Of a stretch of 59,250 nt of DNA, positions 1 to 9,221 are shown in pieces. The DNA is from Bacteroidota bacterium. Its GTDB lineage: Bacteria > Bacteroidota > Bacteroidia > AKYH767-A > OLB10. Both the position numbers and the translations under genes were made by a program. The first letter of the stretch is position 1. Each line of letters begins with the position of its first letter. The notes below the pieces were generated by a model. That model saw nothing but the letters and a program-made list of their open reading frames with translations, had not been told where the DNA came from and made no database searches. The stretch covers positions 1-59,250 of the forward strand of contig JBJOND010000005.1 in assembly GCA_046052065.1 (NCBI GenBank), written 5' to 3'.

Positions 1-2
1 TA

Positions 3-317
3 GAAACAAGTGGATTTTCTTCTAAAATTCAAACGTTTGAATCGGCACAAGAAGCAATTGTACATCTTAGCGTATGCCCTTTTGATGAACTTCCTAATGT
101 CATTTTCCTGGATATTATGATGCCTATCATGGATGGTTTCGAATTCTTAAATGCATTTGAAAAACTACCGCAACAAGTAAAAAATCATTGTAAGGTAATT
201 ATGCTTTCTACTTCTGAAAGTTTTAAAGACCTTAACAAAGCTAATAGCAATCGCTTTGTAAAGAAATTCTTGAATAAACCATTGTCACAGGAAATCGTCG
301 ATGCGATTAACGTATAG
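3..317 (+). CDS. Response regulator receiver (CheY-like) protein, 5'-truncated by the window edge
   Basis: Frame is open from position 3 (ETSGFSSKIQTFESAQEAI...). It contains VIFLDIMMPIMDGFEFL (phospho-acceptor D), IMLST and KPL receiver motifs. Confidence 0.88.
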   Translation, partial: ETSGFSSKIQTFESAQEAIVHLSVCPFDELPNVIFLDIMMPIMDGFEFLNAFEKLPQQVKNHCKVIMLSTSESFKDLNKANSNRFVKKFLNKPLSQEIVDAINV

Positions 318-752
318 TTATCGCTTACTTCTAAAATAATTCACAATTATTTCGCTGCACTCATCGGCTAATACTCCTTGAACGTATTCGGTCTGTGGGT
401 GCAACTTTATTCCCTGGCTTAAAAAGCCTCTTTTCTCATCTTTCGCACCAACAACTATTTTATCAATTTGTGTCCAGTACGAAGCACCGCTGCACATCGT
501 GCATGGCTCTAAAGTCACATACAAGGTACACCCTTTAAGATATTTTCCTCCCAATGCTTCTGCTGCAGCAGTAAAAGCCATCATCTCGGCATGAGCTGTA
601 ACATCGTTAAGCCTCTCCACCATGTTGTGTGAGCGAGCTATAATTCTTCCATTAGCTACAATCACAGCCCCAATAGGCACCTCATCAGCATCCAACGCCT
701 TCTCTGCTTCAGCCAAGGCCTGACGCATAAAGTATTCGTCATCTAAAATCAT
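318..752 (-). CDS. tadA: tRNA-specific adenosine deaminase / nucleoside deaminase
   Basis: DEVPIGAV, HAE and EPCxxC zinc-deaminase motifs; 144 aa. Confidence 0.8.
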   Translation of the reverse strand: MILDDEYFMRQALAEAEKALDADEVPIGAVIVANGRIIARSHNMVERLNDVTAHAEMMAFTAAAEALGGKYLKGCTLYVTLEPCTMCSGASYWTQIDKIVVGAKDEKRGFLSQGIKLHPQTEYVQGVLADECSEIIVNYFRSKR

Positions 753-855
753 TTGTTAAAAATATTAAAATTATTGATGACAAGTTCTAAACAATACCTA
801 TTGAAAAACTAATTTAATTTAACTTTATCAATACAATTAAAACGACTGATTAAAT

Positions 856-863
856 TATTTTTG
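856..863 (+). promoter_or_regulatory. Bacteroidota sigma70 -7 element (TATTTTTG)
   Basis: Matches TAnnTTTG, 5 nt before the ATG at 869. Confidence 0.55.
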
Positions 864-868
864 TAGAG

Positions 869-1333
869 ATGGCTAAAAAGATAGTACAGTTTTTAGATTT
901 TGAAACAGAATACGACTTTCTGCTATTGGGGATTTATTGCGCCTACCGCGATTACAGAATTTGCTTTGAATTAAATAACACATTGGAATTGTCTTTCGAA
1001 AAACAAGACGACTTTGAAATTCAAGTGGAGAAGAAAGGATCAACTGGTCAGTTCCCTGTTTTCTTTGCAGAAAATAGTGATGAAGAGCAATTTTTTGTGG
1101 TTGGAAATAAAGGCAACAACGGATTGTTAATCCCAGACCTAAAACAGGTTGATTATTTCTTACTTGTACGTAATAATTCAAGATACACCACCAGTCAAAT
1201 CTTAATAGAAAAAATAAAATCAATCAAAATTGTCAGCAGCGTTTTAGAATACTTTCCAGATGAATTAAAATCAGGCGACCTATTTCTATATATCGAAAAA
1301 AAAGCAGAGAAACCAACACCTACACATGACTAA
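869..1333 (+). CDS. IPExxxVDY family protein (unknown function)
   Basis: Contains LLIPDLKQVDYFL. Lies directly upstream of pyk, overlapping it by 8 nt, which is the usual Bacteroidota context. Confidence 0.75.
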   Translation: MAKKIVQFLDFETEYDFLLLGIYCAYRDYRICFELNNTLELSFEKQDDFEIQVEKKGSTGQFPVFFAENSDEEQFFVVGNKGNNGLLIPDLKQVDYFLLVRNNSRYTTSQILIEKIKSIKIVSSVLEYFPDELKSGDLFLYIEKKAEKPTPTHD

Positions 1334-2756
1334 AGAACCAAACAAATCAAAAATTGTTGCCACAATAGGACCTGCATGCATGGACCTTTTCACACTCGAA
1401 AGAATGATCTTATCAGGTGTTAATATTTGTCGATTAAATGGATCACATGGCGACCATGCTATGATGCAAAAAATCATCGATAATGTGCGATTGCTAAATG
1501 AAAAGCTAAATAAACATATTGCTATTTTATTCGACCTACAAGGGCCAAAAATCAGAATCGGAGATATTCTCGAAGGCAGCTTTACACTAAACAATGGAAG
1601 CGAATTAATTTTAACTCCACATCAGGTAGAAGGAAACGCGGAACAAGTGTTTATTAAATATCCACAGTTTCATAAGGATGTTAAAGTAGGCGATAGTGTT
1701 TTGATTGATGACGGAAAATTAGAATTGCGTATTGAAGAAATATTACCCGACGAAAGAGTAAGAACGAAAGTTATTCATGGAGGAATTTTATCATCCCGTA
1801 AAGGAGTTAACTTACCTAATACTGAAATCTCATTACCTAGCCTTACAGAAAAAGATCGCGCAGATTTACTCTTCGCTTTAGAGAATAATGTTGAGTGGAT
1901 AGGATTGTCGTTTGTGCGTAAACCACAAGATGTAATTGAGTTAAAAGAAATTATTAAAGCACATAAAAAGATTTCTAAAGTTGTAGCTAAAATCGAAAAA
2001 CCATCTGCTGTAGATTTTATCGATGATATAATTGAAGTATCTGATGCTATCATGGTAGCACGTGGCGATTTAGGAGTAGAAATGGCGATGGAAAAAGTAC
2101 CGATGATTCAAAAGATGATTGTACAAAAAGCTAATCAGAAAGCGAAGCCTGTTATCATCGCAACGCAAATGATGGAAAGTATGATTGCAAACTATCGTCC
2201 TACACGAGCGGAAGCGAATGACGTTGCCAATGCTGTTTATGATGGTGCTGATGCGTTAATGCTTAGCGGCGAAACATCAGTAGGAAACTTCCCAATTGAA
2301 ACTGTTCAAGCTATGTATAAAATCATTAGCGAAGTTGAAAAAAATGATTCAATCTATTTTAAGTCATCAATACCCAATAAAAAGTCTCTTAACTTTATTC
2401 CAGAATCAATTTGTTTAAACGCCTGTGAAATGGCTCGTCATTCAGAAGCTAAAGCAATTATTGCTATGACGCACAGCGGTATGACTGCATTTAGAATTTC
2501 ATCACATCGACCAAAGTCAAATATTTATATTTTTACAGATAACAAATCGATTTTAAATACGCTAAGTTTATTGTGGGGGGTACAAGGATTTTTCTATGAC
2601 AAGTATGAAAGTACTGATAACACAGTTCAAGAAATAAAAGATTATTTAAAATCGAAAAATTTAATAGAAGTGGGAGATTATATTATCAATGTAGCAAGTA
2701 CTCCACTTCATGAAAGAGCAACAGCCAACACAATCAAATTAACTTGTACAAACTAA
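1326..2756 (+). CDS. pyk: Pyruvate kinase
   Basis: KIVATIGP, RLNGSHG, DLQGPKIR, MVARGDLGVE, ATQMMESM and MLSGET motifs. Confidence 0.97.
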   Translation: MTKEPNKSKIVATIGPACMDLFTLERMILSGVNICRLNGSHGDHAMMQKIIDNVRLLNEKLNKHIAILFDLQGPKIRIGDILEGSFTLNNGSELILTPHQVEGNAEQVFIKYPQFHKDVKVGDSVLIDDGKLELRIEEILPDERVRTKVIHGGILSSRKGVNLPNTEISLPSLTEKDRADLLFALENNVEWIGLSFVRKPQDVIELKEIIKAHKKISKVVAKIEKPSAVDFIDDIIEVSDAIMVARGDLGVEMAMEKVPMIQKMIVQKANQKAKPVIIATQMMESMIANYRPTRAEANDVANAVYDGADALMLSGETSVGNFPIETVQAMYKIISEVEKNDSIYFKSSIPNKKSLNFIPESICLNACEMARHSEAKAIIAMTHSGMTAFRISSHRPKSNIYIFTDNKSILNTLSLLWGVQGFFYDKYESTDNTVQEIKDYLKSKNLIEVGDYIINVASTPLHERATANTIKLTCTN

Positions 2757-2757
2757 A

Positions 2758-3813
2758 ATGAATATTGAATCATTAAAAAAGATATGTGAAATCCCTGGAG
2801 CTCCAGGACATGAACACAGAATACGCGAACACGTAATTGAAGAGTTAAAGAAGTTAAACGTTGAAATTTCCATTGACAAAATGGGCAATGTTACCGCACT
2901 CGTAAAAGGTAAAGAACCTAAGCGTGCAATGGCAGCTGCGCATATGGATGAAATTGGTTTCATCGTTACGCATATTGATGAAAAAGGATTTGTTCGCTTT
3001 AATACTTTGGGAGGATTTGACCCAAAGACATTGACAGCACAACGTGTAATTGTACACGGAAAGAAAGATATTATTGGCGTGATGGGTTCAAAGCCTATTC
3101 ACATTATGACGCCTGAAGAAAGAACGAAGACAGCACAGCTTACAGATTACTTTATCGACTTAGGACTACCAAAAGAAGAAGTTGAAAAGCATATTAGTAT
3201 AGGCGATGCCGTTACACGCGAAAGAGAACTGATTGAAATGGGAAATTGCGTGAATTGTAAATCGATTGACAATCGTATTTCAGTATTCATTTTATTAGAA
3301 ACATTAAAGCAACTTGATAATACTATTCCTTACGACTTCTATGCTGCATTTACGGTACAAGAAGAAGTAGGAATGCGTGGAGCTTCAGTGGCTTCACATC
3401 ATATCGAACCTGATTTCGCATTTGGATTAGACACTACGATTGCATTCGACACTCCTGGTGCTCGTCCACATGAAATGGTAACTGAGTTAGGAAAAGGCGC
3501 TGCGATTAAAATCATGGATTCAAGTACTATTTGCGATACACGTATGATTGCTTTCTTGAAAAACACAGCCGATAAGCACGCTATAAAATGGCAACCTGAA
3601 ATTCTTCCAGCTGGAGGAACTGATACTGCTGCACTTCAACGCAATGGCAAAACAGGTGCAATCGCAGGAGCTATTTCTATTCCTACCAGACATATTCATC
3701 AGGTAATTGAGATGGCCGATAAAACAGATATTCAAAACTGCATTGACCTACTTACAAAAGCCATTCAGGAACTCGACAAACACGATTGGGGAATGGTTGG
3801 AAAGATTAACTAA
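2758..3813 (+). CDS. M42 family metallopeptidase (TET-type aminopeptidase)
   Basis: AHMDEIG, DNR, QEEVG, GGTD and IPTRHIH motifs. Confidence 0.92.
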   Translation: MNIESLKKICEIPGAPGHEHRIREHVIEELKKLNVEISIDKMGNVTALVKGKEPKRAMAAAHMDEIGFIVTHIDEKGFVRFNTLGGFDPKTLTAQRVIVHGKKDIIGVMGSKPIHIMTPEERTKTAQLTDYFIDLGLPKEEVEKHISIGDAVTRERELIEMGNCVNCKSIDNRISVFILLETLKQLDNTIPYDFYAAFTVQEEVGMRGASVASHHIEPDFAFGLDTTIAFDTPGARPHEMVTELGKGAAIKIMDSSTICDTRMIAFLKNTADKHAIKWQPEILPAGGTDTAALQRNGKTGAIAGAISIPTRHIHQVIEMADKTDIQNCIDLLTKAIQELDKHDWGMVGKIN

Positions 3814-3831
3814 TAGAGAGTTTAGATTACA

Positions 3832-3861
3832 AAAAAGGGTTGAAAAATTTCAACCCTTTTT
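3832..3861. terminator. Bidirectional intrinsic terminator
   Basis: Perfect 14-bp inverted repeat AAAAAGGGTTGAAA-aa-TTTCAACCCTTTTT between convergent genes. Confidence 0.85.
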
Positions 3862-3863
3862 CA

Positions 3864-5114
3864 TTATGTGTTAGATCGTATTGCTTCTACCGGATCTAAA
3901 CGCGAAGCTTGATAAGCGGGCACTAATCCTGAAATAACACCGACTATAACGGATACGGATAACCCCAGAACAATATTTCCTGTGCTCAAAGGTAGATTTA
4001 ACCCTGCATACTTACCGGCAATGGTTCCGAGATAAACAAGTAACAAACCAATTAGTCCGCCTAAAACGCAAAGGAATACCGACTCCGATAAAAACTGAAA
4101 TAGAATAAAAAAGTTCTTAGCCCCTAATGATTTTTGAATTCCGATAATGGTAGTTCTTTCCTTTACTGAAACGAACATAATATTGGCAATACCAAATCCG
4201 CCAACAAGAATACTAAAACTTCCAATGATCCAACCTGCTTTAGTCAGCATTGCAAATAAACTGTTCAGCTGATTGGAAATTAATTTTGTCTCATTCAAAG
4301 CAAAGTTATCTTCTTCTGCAGGACGTAAACGACGAATAGAACGAAGGTTCCCTTTTAACTCATCCATTAATTGCGCATTCGATATACCAGGCTTGCCTTT
4401 TACCATAATGCGTGGCTCTAATTGATCACTTCTGATATCTAAAAATCGTCTTGCATAATTAACGGGCACCATTACCGACTTATCTTTTGAATCGCCGAGC
4501 ATACTCTCTCCTTCTTTAACGAATACACCAATAACAGTAAACTTCCGTCCTTTTACGGTAATACTTTTTCCAATAGGATCAACATTCGGAATTAATGTTG
4601 AAGCCACATCAGCACCAATGATAGCTACCGGAGTTCCAGCAGCAGATTCGGTTTCGGTGAAATAACGACCGTTTGATAAATTAATGGTATAGAGATCTTC
4701 ATAATGGTGAGAAACCATCGTAACTTTTGCACTTTCAACTGCATTCTTACCCGACTTAACCGTTACATCATTAGCAGTAGCACTAAACGCAAAACTTTCT
4801 CCTAACGCACTGCGTTGCTTGAGCAACTCCATTTCTTTGTAATTTGCTGTTGGACGAACCCAATACTTCCACCACGGGAAATCCTTACCAAACTCCCACG
4901 GCCATTTCTCAATGAACACCACATTACTTCCCATCTCATTTACGCTGCTACGAATTTTATTTTCTAATCCATCTACCGCAGTAAAAACAGCAATAATGGC
5001 AAAGATTCCGATGGTAACTCCTAAAAGTGAAAGAATAGTACGTAGCTTATTCACCACCAATGCATGAATGGCCATAAGCACGCTCTCGCGTAAAAGTCGT
5101 AGGTAAATTTTCAT
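3864..5114 (-). CDS. ABC transporter permease, MacB/FtsX family
   Basis: N-terminal TM, large periplasmic MacB-type domain, and the C-terminal VGGFGIANIMFVSVKERT...GIQKSLGA motif with three TMs. Confidence 0.9.
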   Translation of the reverse strand: MKIYLRLLRESVLMAIHALVVNKLRTILSLLGVTIGIFAIIAVFTAVDGLENKIRSSVNEMGSNVVFIEKWPWEFGKDFPWWKYWVRPTANYKEMELLKQRSALGESFAFSATANDVTVKSGKNAVESAKVTMVSHHYEDLYTINLSNGRYFTETESAAGTPVAIIGADVASTLIPNVDPIGKSITVKGRKFTVIGVFVKEGESMLGDSKDKSVMVPVNYARRFLDIRSDQLEPRIMVKGKPGISNAQLMDELKGNLRSIRRLRPAEEDNFALNETKLISNQLNSLFAMLTKAGWIIGSFSILVGGFGIANIMFVSVKERTTIIGIQKSLGAKNFFILFQFLSESVFLCVLGGLIGLLLVYLGTIAGKYAGLNLPLSTGNIVLGLSVSVIVGVISGLVPAYQASRLDPVEAIRSNT

Positions 5115-5119
5115 TGGGG

Positions 5120-5127
5120 CAAAGGTA
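5120..5127 (-). promoter_or_regulatory. -7 element (TACCTTTG) of the ABC permease gene
   Basis: Matches TAnnTTTG on the minus strand, 5 nt before the ATG. Confidence 0.6.
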
Positions 5128-5328
5128 CGATAGTTTGAATAGAATTAGGAGATGACCTATAAAAATCGACTAAACAGCTAGGCATTTATTTGGGGGCAAT
5201 GTGTTTAAGTTATAAATTTGTTTGAGATGCAAAATAAGTGCTAAGCCTAACATAAATTGGCCATTTTAGCCAAAACATGTTGTGTATTTTAAAAACCAAG
5301 GAACATTTTAATAATTATTTAAGAATAT

Positions 5329-6228
5329 ATGGATTACATTTCGACATCAGCGCTTGCAAATGAGCTTGATTTAAAGTCCAGCGAACTTTTCGACAAACTG
5401 CAAACACTTGGTTGGATTGAACGAAAAAATGATAAATGGATATTGACTGACCTCGGAAAACAAAAAGGTGGTCAAATAAGAACGAACCCGAAATTTGGAG
5501 AATTCGTTGTTTGGCCTGAAAACATATCAATCGATAATGAATCGCAAATAGATAGATCAAAACTACTAAACGCAACAACCATTGGGAAGCACTTCAAAGT
5601 CTCATCGCAGCGACTGAATTTGATTTTATCAGAATTAGGATGGATAGAAAAAGGTCTATCGGGGTGGACAGTTACAAAACTTGGAAAAAATGTTGGAGGA
5701 AAACAGTTTGAACACGAAACTTCTGGTGGTTCTTATGTTTTATGGCCCAACTCAATTTTACAAAACACAAGCTTAGTCGATGTCTTTACAGATGCACCCA
5801 TTGAAAAAACAATAGCTAAGCAAGTCGAAACAATTCAAGAGCAGTCGCAGTCATCTTCGCAAACATCAAATAATTTTAGAGATAAATTTGAAGCAAAACA
5901 CAGAACAAAAGATGGACACTATGTTCGTTCAAGAGCCGAGTTAATAATTGACAACACGCTTTATGATTACGGCTTGGTTCACGCATATGAAAAAAAAGTA
6001 CCAATTCAAGAGGAATTATATACTGACTTTTATTTACCTAATGGAAAAGTTTATATCGAATTTTGGGGAATGGAAAGTGACCCTAAATATTTAGAACGCA
6101 AGAAAGTAAAATTAGAGATTTACAAAAAGTATGAATTAAAATTAATTGAGCTTGATGATAATGATATTGCAAACCTCGATGATCACTTACCAAAAAAATT
6201 ATTAAAGTTTGGTATCAAGGTATATTAG
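5329..6228 (+). CDS. Uncharacterised protein: two tandem KilA-C/antirepressor-like winged-helix repeats plus a C-terminal PD-(D/E)XK-like (DUF559/Vsr-like) nuclease domain
   Basis: An internal repeat (L..LGWIE+...W.+T.LGK..GG...G.+V+WP) occurs at aa ~3-64 and ~79-141. After a S/Q-rich linker comes GHYVRSRAE...AYE...TDFYLP...IEFWG. The ORF is certain; the domain names are pattern-based. Confidence 0.6.
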   Translation: MDYISTSALANELDLKSSELFDKLQTLGWIERKNDKWILTDLGKQKGGQIRTNPKFGEFVVWPENISIDNESQIDRSKLLNATTIGKHFKVSSQRLNLILSELGWIEKGLSGWTVTKLGKNVGGKQFEHETSGGSYVLWPNSILQNTSLVDVFTDAPIEKTIAKQVETIQEQSQSSSQTSNNFRDKFEAKHRTKDGHYVRSRAELIIDNTLYDYGLVHAYEKKVPIQEELYTDFYLPNGKVYIEFWGMESDPKYLERKKVKLEIYKKYELKLIELDDNDIANLDDHLPKKLLKFGIKVY

Positions 6229-6367
6229 TTGAAAAATAAAATAGCTGTTTATTTATTTTCATTTGAGGCAAATCAATTTTAATTTGCCCCCAACCAACCG
6301 TAAAAACTCGCCTTCTCTCACCAGGCAAACATCAAAATAAACTAATTTTAGCGCAGAAGAAATTAAC

Positions 6368-7939
6368 ATGTCGCAAGAAAAACAACAACTCGAACAACAA
6401 CTCTGGAATATAGCAAATACCCTTCGTGGTAAAATGGATGCCGATGATTTCAGAGATTATATATTAGGATTTATTTTTTATAAATACCTCAGCGAAAAAA
6501 TGGAAGATTATGCCAACACCATTTTGAAGCCTGATAAATTAACCTACGATCAAGTAGAAAAGCATAAAAACAAAAAAGAATTTCTGGCGGCCATCAAAGA
6601 AGAAGCTCTTGATAAATTAGGGTATTTCTTAAAGCCCTCTGAATTGTTTAGCGAAATGGCCCGCAGAGGAAATGCAGAAGGGAAAAGTAAATTTATATTA
6701 GACGACCTCTCCAAAGTACTTACCAGCATTGAGCAAAGTACCATGGGCTCTGAGAGCGAAGAAGATTTTGGAAACCTCTTCGAAGATTTAGATTTAACAA
6801 GTAGTAAGCTCGGCAAAACCGAAAACGATAAGAATGAACTCATCGTTAAAGTACTTGCGCATTTAAACGAAATCGATTTCGATTTAAAAAATACTGAGAA
6901 TGATGTATTAGGCGATGCCTACGAATACCTCATTGGAAAATTTGCCAGTGGTGCTGGTAAAAAAGCAGGCGAGTTTTATACACCTCAACAAGTAAGTTCG
7001 GTGTTAGCGCGACTCGTTACAGTAGGAAAAACAAAACTTAAATCGGTGTATGACCCTACTTGTGGCTCGGGCTCTTTGTTGCTGCGAGTAGCTAAGGAGG
7101 TGAAGGAGGTCTCTGCGTTTTACGGACAAGAAAGTAACCCAACAACGTACAACTTATGCCGCATGAACATGATCATGCACGATGTACACTACAAAAAGTT
7201 TGATATTAAAAATGAAGATACGTTAGAACGACCTCAACACATCGACCAACGCTTTGAGGCCATTGTTGCTAACCCTCCGTTTATTGCTGAGTGGAGCGCA
7301 AGCCCTTTGTTTATGAGTGATGATCGATATGCTGCCTACGGCCGACTTGCACCAAAAGGTACAGCCGACTTTGCCTTTGTACAACACATGGTTTTTCAGT
7401 TGGCAGATAATGGAACAATGGCGTGCGTATTACCGCATGGTGTTTTGTTTAGAGGTGGTGCCGAAGGACATATACGCGAGTATCTGATAAAAGAAAGAAA
7501 CTACCTCGATGCAGTTATTGGATTACCAGCTAATATTTTTTACGGAACCGGTATTCCTACCTGTATTTTAGTTTTAAAGAAAGACAGAAACAAAGATGCT
7601 GAGCGAAGCCGAACCGTATTATTTATTGATGCCAGCCAGCACTTTGAAAAAGTAAAAACACAAAATGTATTAAGGGCCGATGATATAAACAAAATCATTG
7701 CTACCTATAAGGCGCGCACAGCAGAAGACAAATACAGTTACGTAGCAAACCTGCAAGAGATTGCTGAAAACGATTACAACCTAAACATCCCTCGCTATGT
7801 TGATACCTTTGAAGAAGAAGAAGCGGTTGATTTAAAAGCAGTAAGTAAAGAGTTGCGAGAGATTGCTGAGCAGAGCCGAAGTACCGATGCAACCATTGCT
7901 AAATTTTGTAAAGAGTTAGGAATAGACACCCCGTTTTAA
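6368..7939 (+). CDS. hsdM: Type I restriction-modification methyltransferase subunit M
   Basis: LWNIANTLRG N-terminus, GEFYTP, YDPTCGSGSLL (SAM-binding), ANPPF (N6-adenine catalytic motif) and LPHGVLFRG. Confidence 0.97.
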   Translation: MSQEKQQLEQQLWNIANTLRGKMDADDFRDYILGFIFYKYLSEKMEDYANTILKPDKLTYDQVEKHKNKKEFLAAIKEEALDKLGYFLKPSELFSEMARRGNAEGKSKFILDDLSKVLTSIEQSTMGSESEEDFGNLFEDLDLTSSKLGKTENDKNELIVKVLAHLNEIDFDLKNTENDVLGDAYEYLIGKFASGAGKKAGEFYTPQQVSSVLARLVTVGKTKLKSVYDPTCGSGSLLLRVAKEVKEVSAFYGQESNPTTYNLCRMNMIMHDVHYKKFDIKNEDTLERPQHIDQRFEAIVANPPFIAEWSASPLFMSDDRYAAYGRLAPKGTADFAFVQHMVFQLADNGTMACVLPHGVLFRGGAEGHIREYLIKERNYLDAVIGLPANIFYGTGIPTCILVLKKDRNKDAERSRTVLFIDASQHFEKVKTQNVLRADDINKIIATYKARTAEDKYSYVANLQEIAENDYNLNIPRYVDTFEEEEAVDLKAVSKELREIAEQSRSTDATIAKFCKELGIDTPF

Positions 7940-7964
7940 TGAAAGCATCAAGTAAATTATTTTT

Positions 7965-8076
7965 GGGGCACGCCCCTTTGCCTGCGCAAATCCCAGCCCT
8001 CACGGGTCAGGCTGTCACTACTCGCTTTGCTATTTGCAATAGCAAGAGCTCAAACAAACCGTTCCATCCTTCGTGC
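7965..8076. repeat. GC-rich structured intergenic element (REP/MITE-like) between hsdM and hsdS
   Basis: Hairpins GGGGC-ac-GCCCC, TTTGC-ctgc-GCAAA and TTGCTATT-tgc-AATAGCAA (8027-8045). The ends GCACG (7968-7972) and CGTGC (8072-8076) are complementary. It is the only copy in the window; its resemblance to dispersed Bacteroidota repeats is from recall. Confidence 0.5.
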
Positions 8077-8081
8077 AAACT

Positions 8082-9221
8082 ATGAAACCAGCCATGGCAG
8101 CTAACAAAACAAAAAAAGCCCTCGTACCGAAATTGAGGTTTAAGGGATTTGGCGATGAATGGAAACCCACATTGCTTGGCAGTACATGTAGAGTTACAAC
8201 AGGAAATAAAGATACACAAAATAGAGTTGATGATGGTGCATTTCCTTTTTTTGTACGCTCTAATACAGTTGAAAGAATAAATAGCTATTCTTTTGATGGG
8301 GAGGCAATACTAACATCAGGTGATGGTGTTGGGGTTGGCAAAAACTTTCATTATATAAATGGCAAATTTGATTTTCATCAAAGAGTATACGCTTTATTAG
8401 ATTTCAAGAAAAATTATTATGGAAAATTTATTTATCAATTATTCGTAGAAAAATTCTATAAAAGAGTAATGCGATTAAGCGCAAAAAACTCTGTTGATTC
8501 GGTGCGTCTGAATATGATAACAGAAATGAATGTTTGCTTCCCCACCCTACCCGAGCAACAAAAAATAGCGGTCTTTTTATCTGCCCTAGATGAAAAAATA
8601 CAGCAGCTCACCCGCAAAAAAGAATTGTTAGAGCAATACAAAAAAGGAGTGATGCAGCAGTTACTAACTGGCAAGTTGAGATTTAAAGACAGTAACGGCA
8701 AGGCGTATCCGAAGTGGGAAGAGAGAAGACTTGGAGATGTTTTAGATTATATTCAACCTACAAAGTATTTAGTAGAAAGTACAGAATATGACAATTCTTA
8801 TTCGACACCAGTACTTACAGCAGGTAAAACTTTTATTTTAGGATACACAAATGAAACAAAGAATATTTACAATCAAATTCTTCCTGTAATATTATTTGAT
8901 GACTTTACTACTGCAACTCAATTTGTTGATTTCCCATTTAAAGCAAAATCGTCTGCAATGAAGATTTTAGTTCCTAAGCAAAATGAAAACATATTATTTT
9001 TATATGAAGTAATGCAACTTATTAAATTCGAAGTTGGAGGTCATGGTCGTCACTGGATTTCTCAGTTTGCATTATTGAATATTCCATACCCTTGCATTGA
9101 AGAACAACAAAAAATATCTGAATATCTAAAAGCAATCAACTCCAAAATAGAATTCGTTTCTAAACAAATAACCCAAACTCAAACTTTCAAAAAAGGTTTG
9201 TTACAGCAAATGTTTGTATGA
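8082..9221 (+). CDS. hsdS: Type I R-M specificity subunit S (start ATG 8082, or GTG 8073 / ATG 8094)
   Basis: VPKLRF N-terminus and two TRDs. Two conserved helical regions: P(T/C)xxEQQKI...L...I and QTFKKG(L/V)(M/L)QQ. ATGA overlap with hsdR. Confidence 0.95.
   Translation: MKPAMAANKTKKALVPKLRFKGFGDEWKPTLLGSTCRVTTGNKDTQNRVDDGAFPFFVRSNTVERINSYSFDGEAILTSGDGVGVGKNFHYINGKFDFHQRVYALLDFKKNYYGKFIYQLFVEKFYKRVMRLSAKNSVDSVRLNMITEMNVCFPTLPEQQKIAVFLSALDEKIQQLTRKKELLEQYKKGVMQQLLTGKLRFKDSNGKAYPKWEERRLGDVLDYIQPTKYLVESTEYDNSYSTPVLTAGKTFILGYTNETKNIYNQILPVILFDDFTTATQFVDFPFKAKSSAMKILVPKQNENILFLYEVMQLIKFEVGGHGRHWISQFALLNIPYPCIEEQQKISEYLKAINSKIEFVSKQITQTQTFKKGLLQQMFV

Noticed and set aside
5329-6228. 'Glycerol kinase' style label sometimes given to similar proteins
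   Set aside because: No FGGY/actin-like ATPase motifs, and the length and repeat structure do not fit.
8082-9221. Phase-variable hsdS (shufflon or simple-sequence repeat)
   Set aside because: No silent hsdS copies, tyrosine invertase, long inverted repeats or long homopolymer/tandem tracts seen.
9218-9221. PrrC-like gene between hsdS and hsdR
   Set aside because: hsdS and hsdR overlap by ATGA, leaving no room for an insert.
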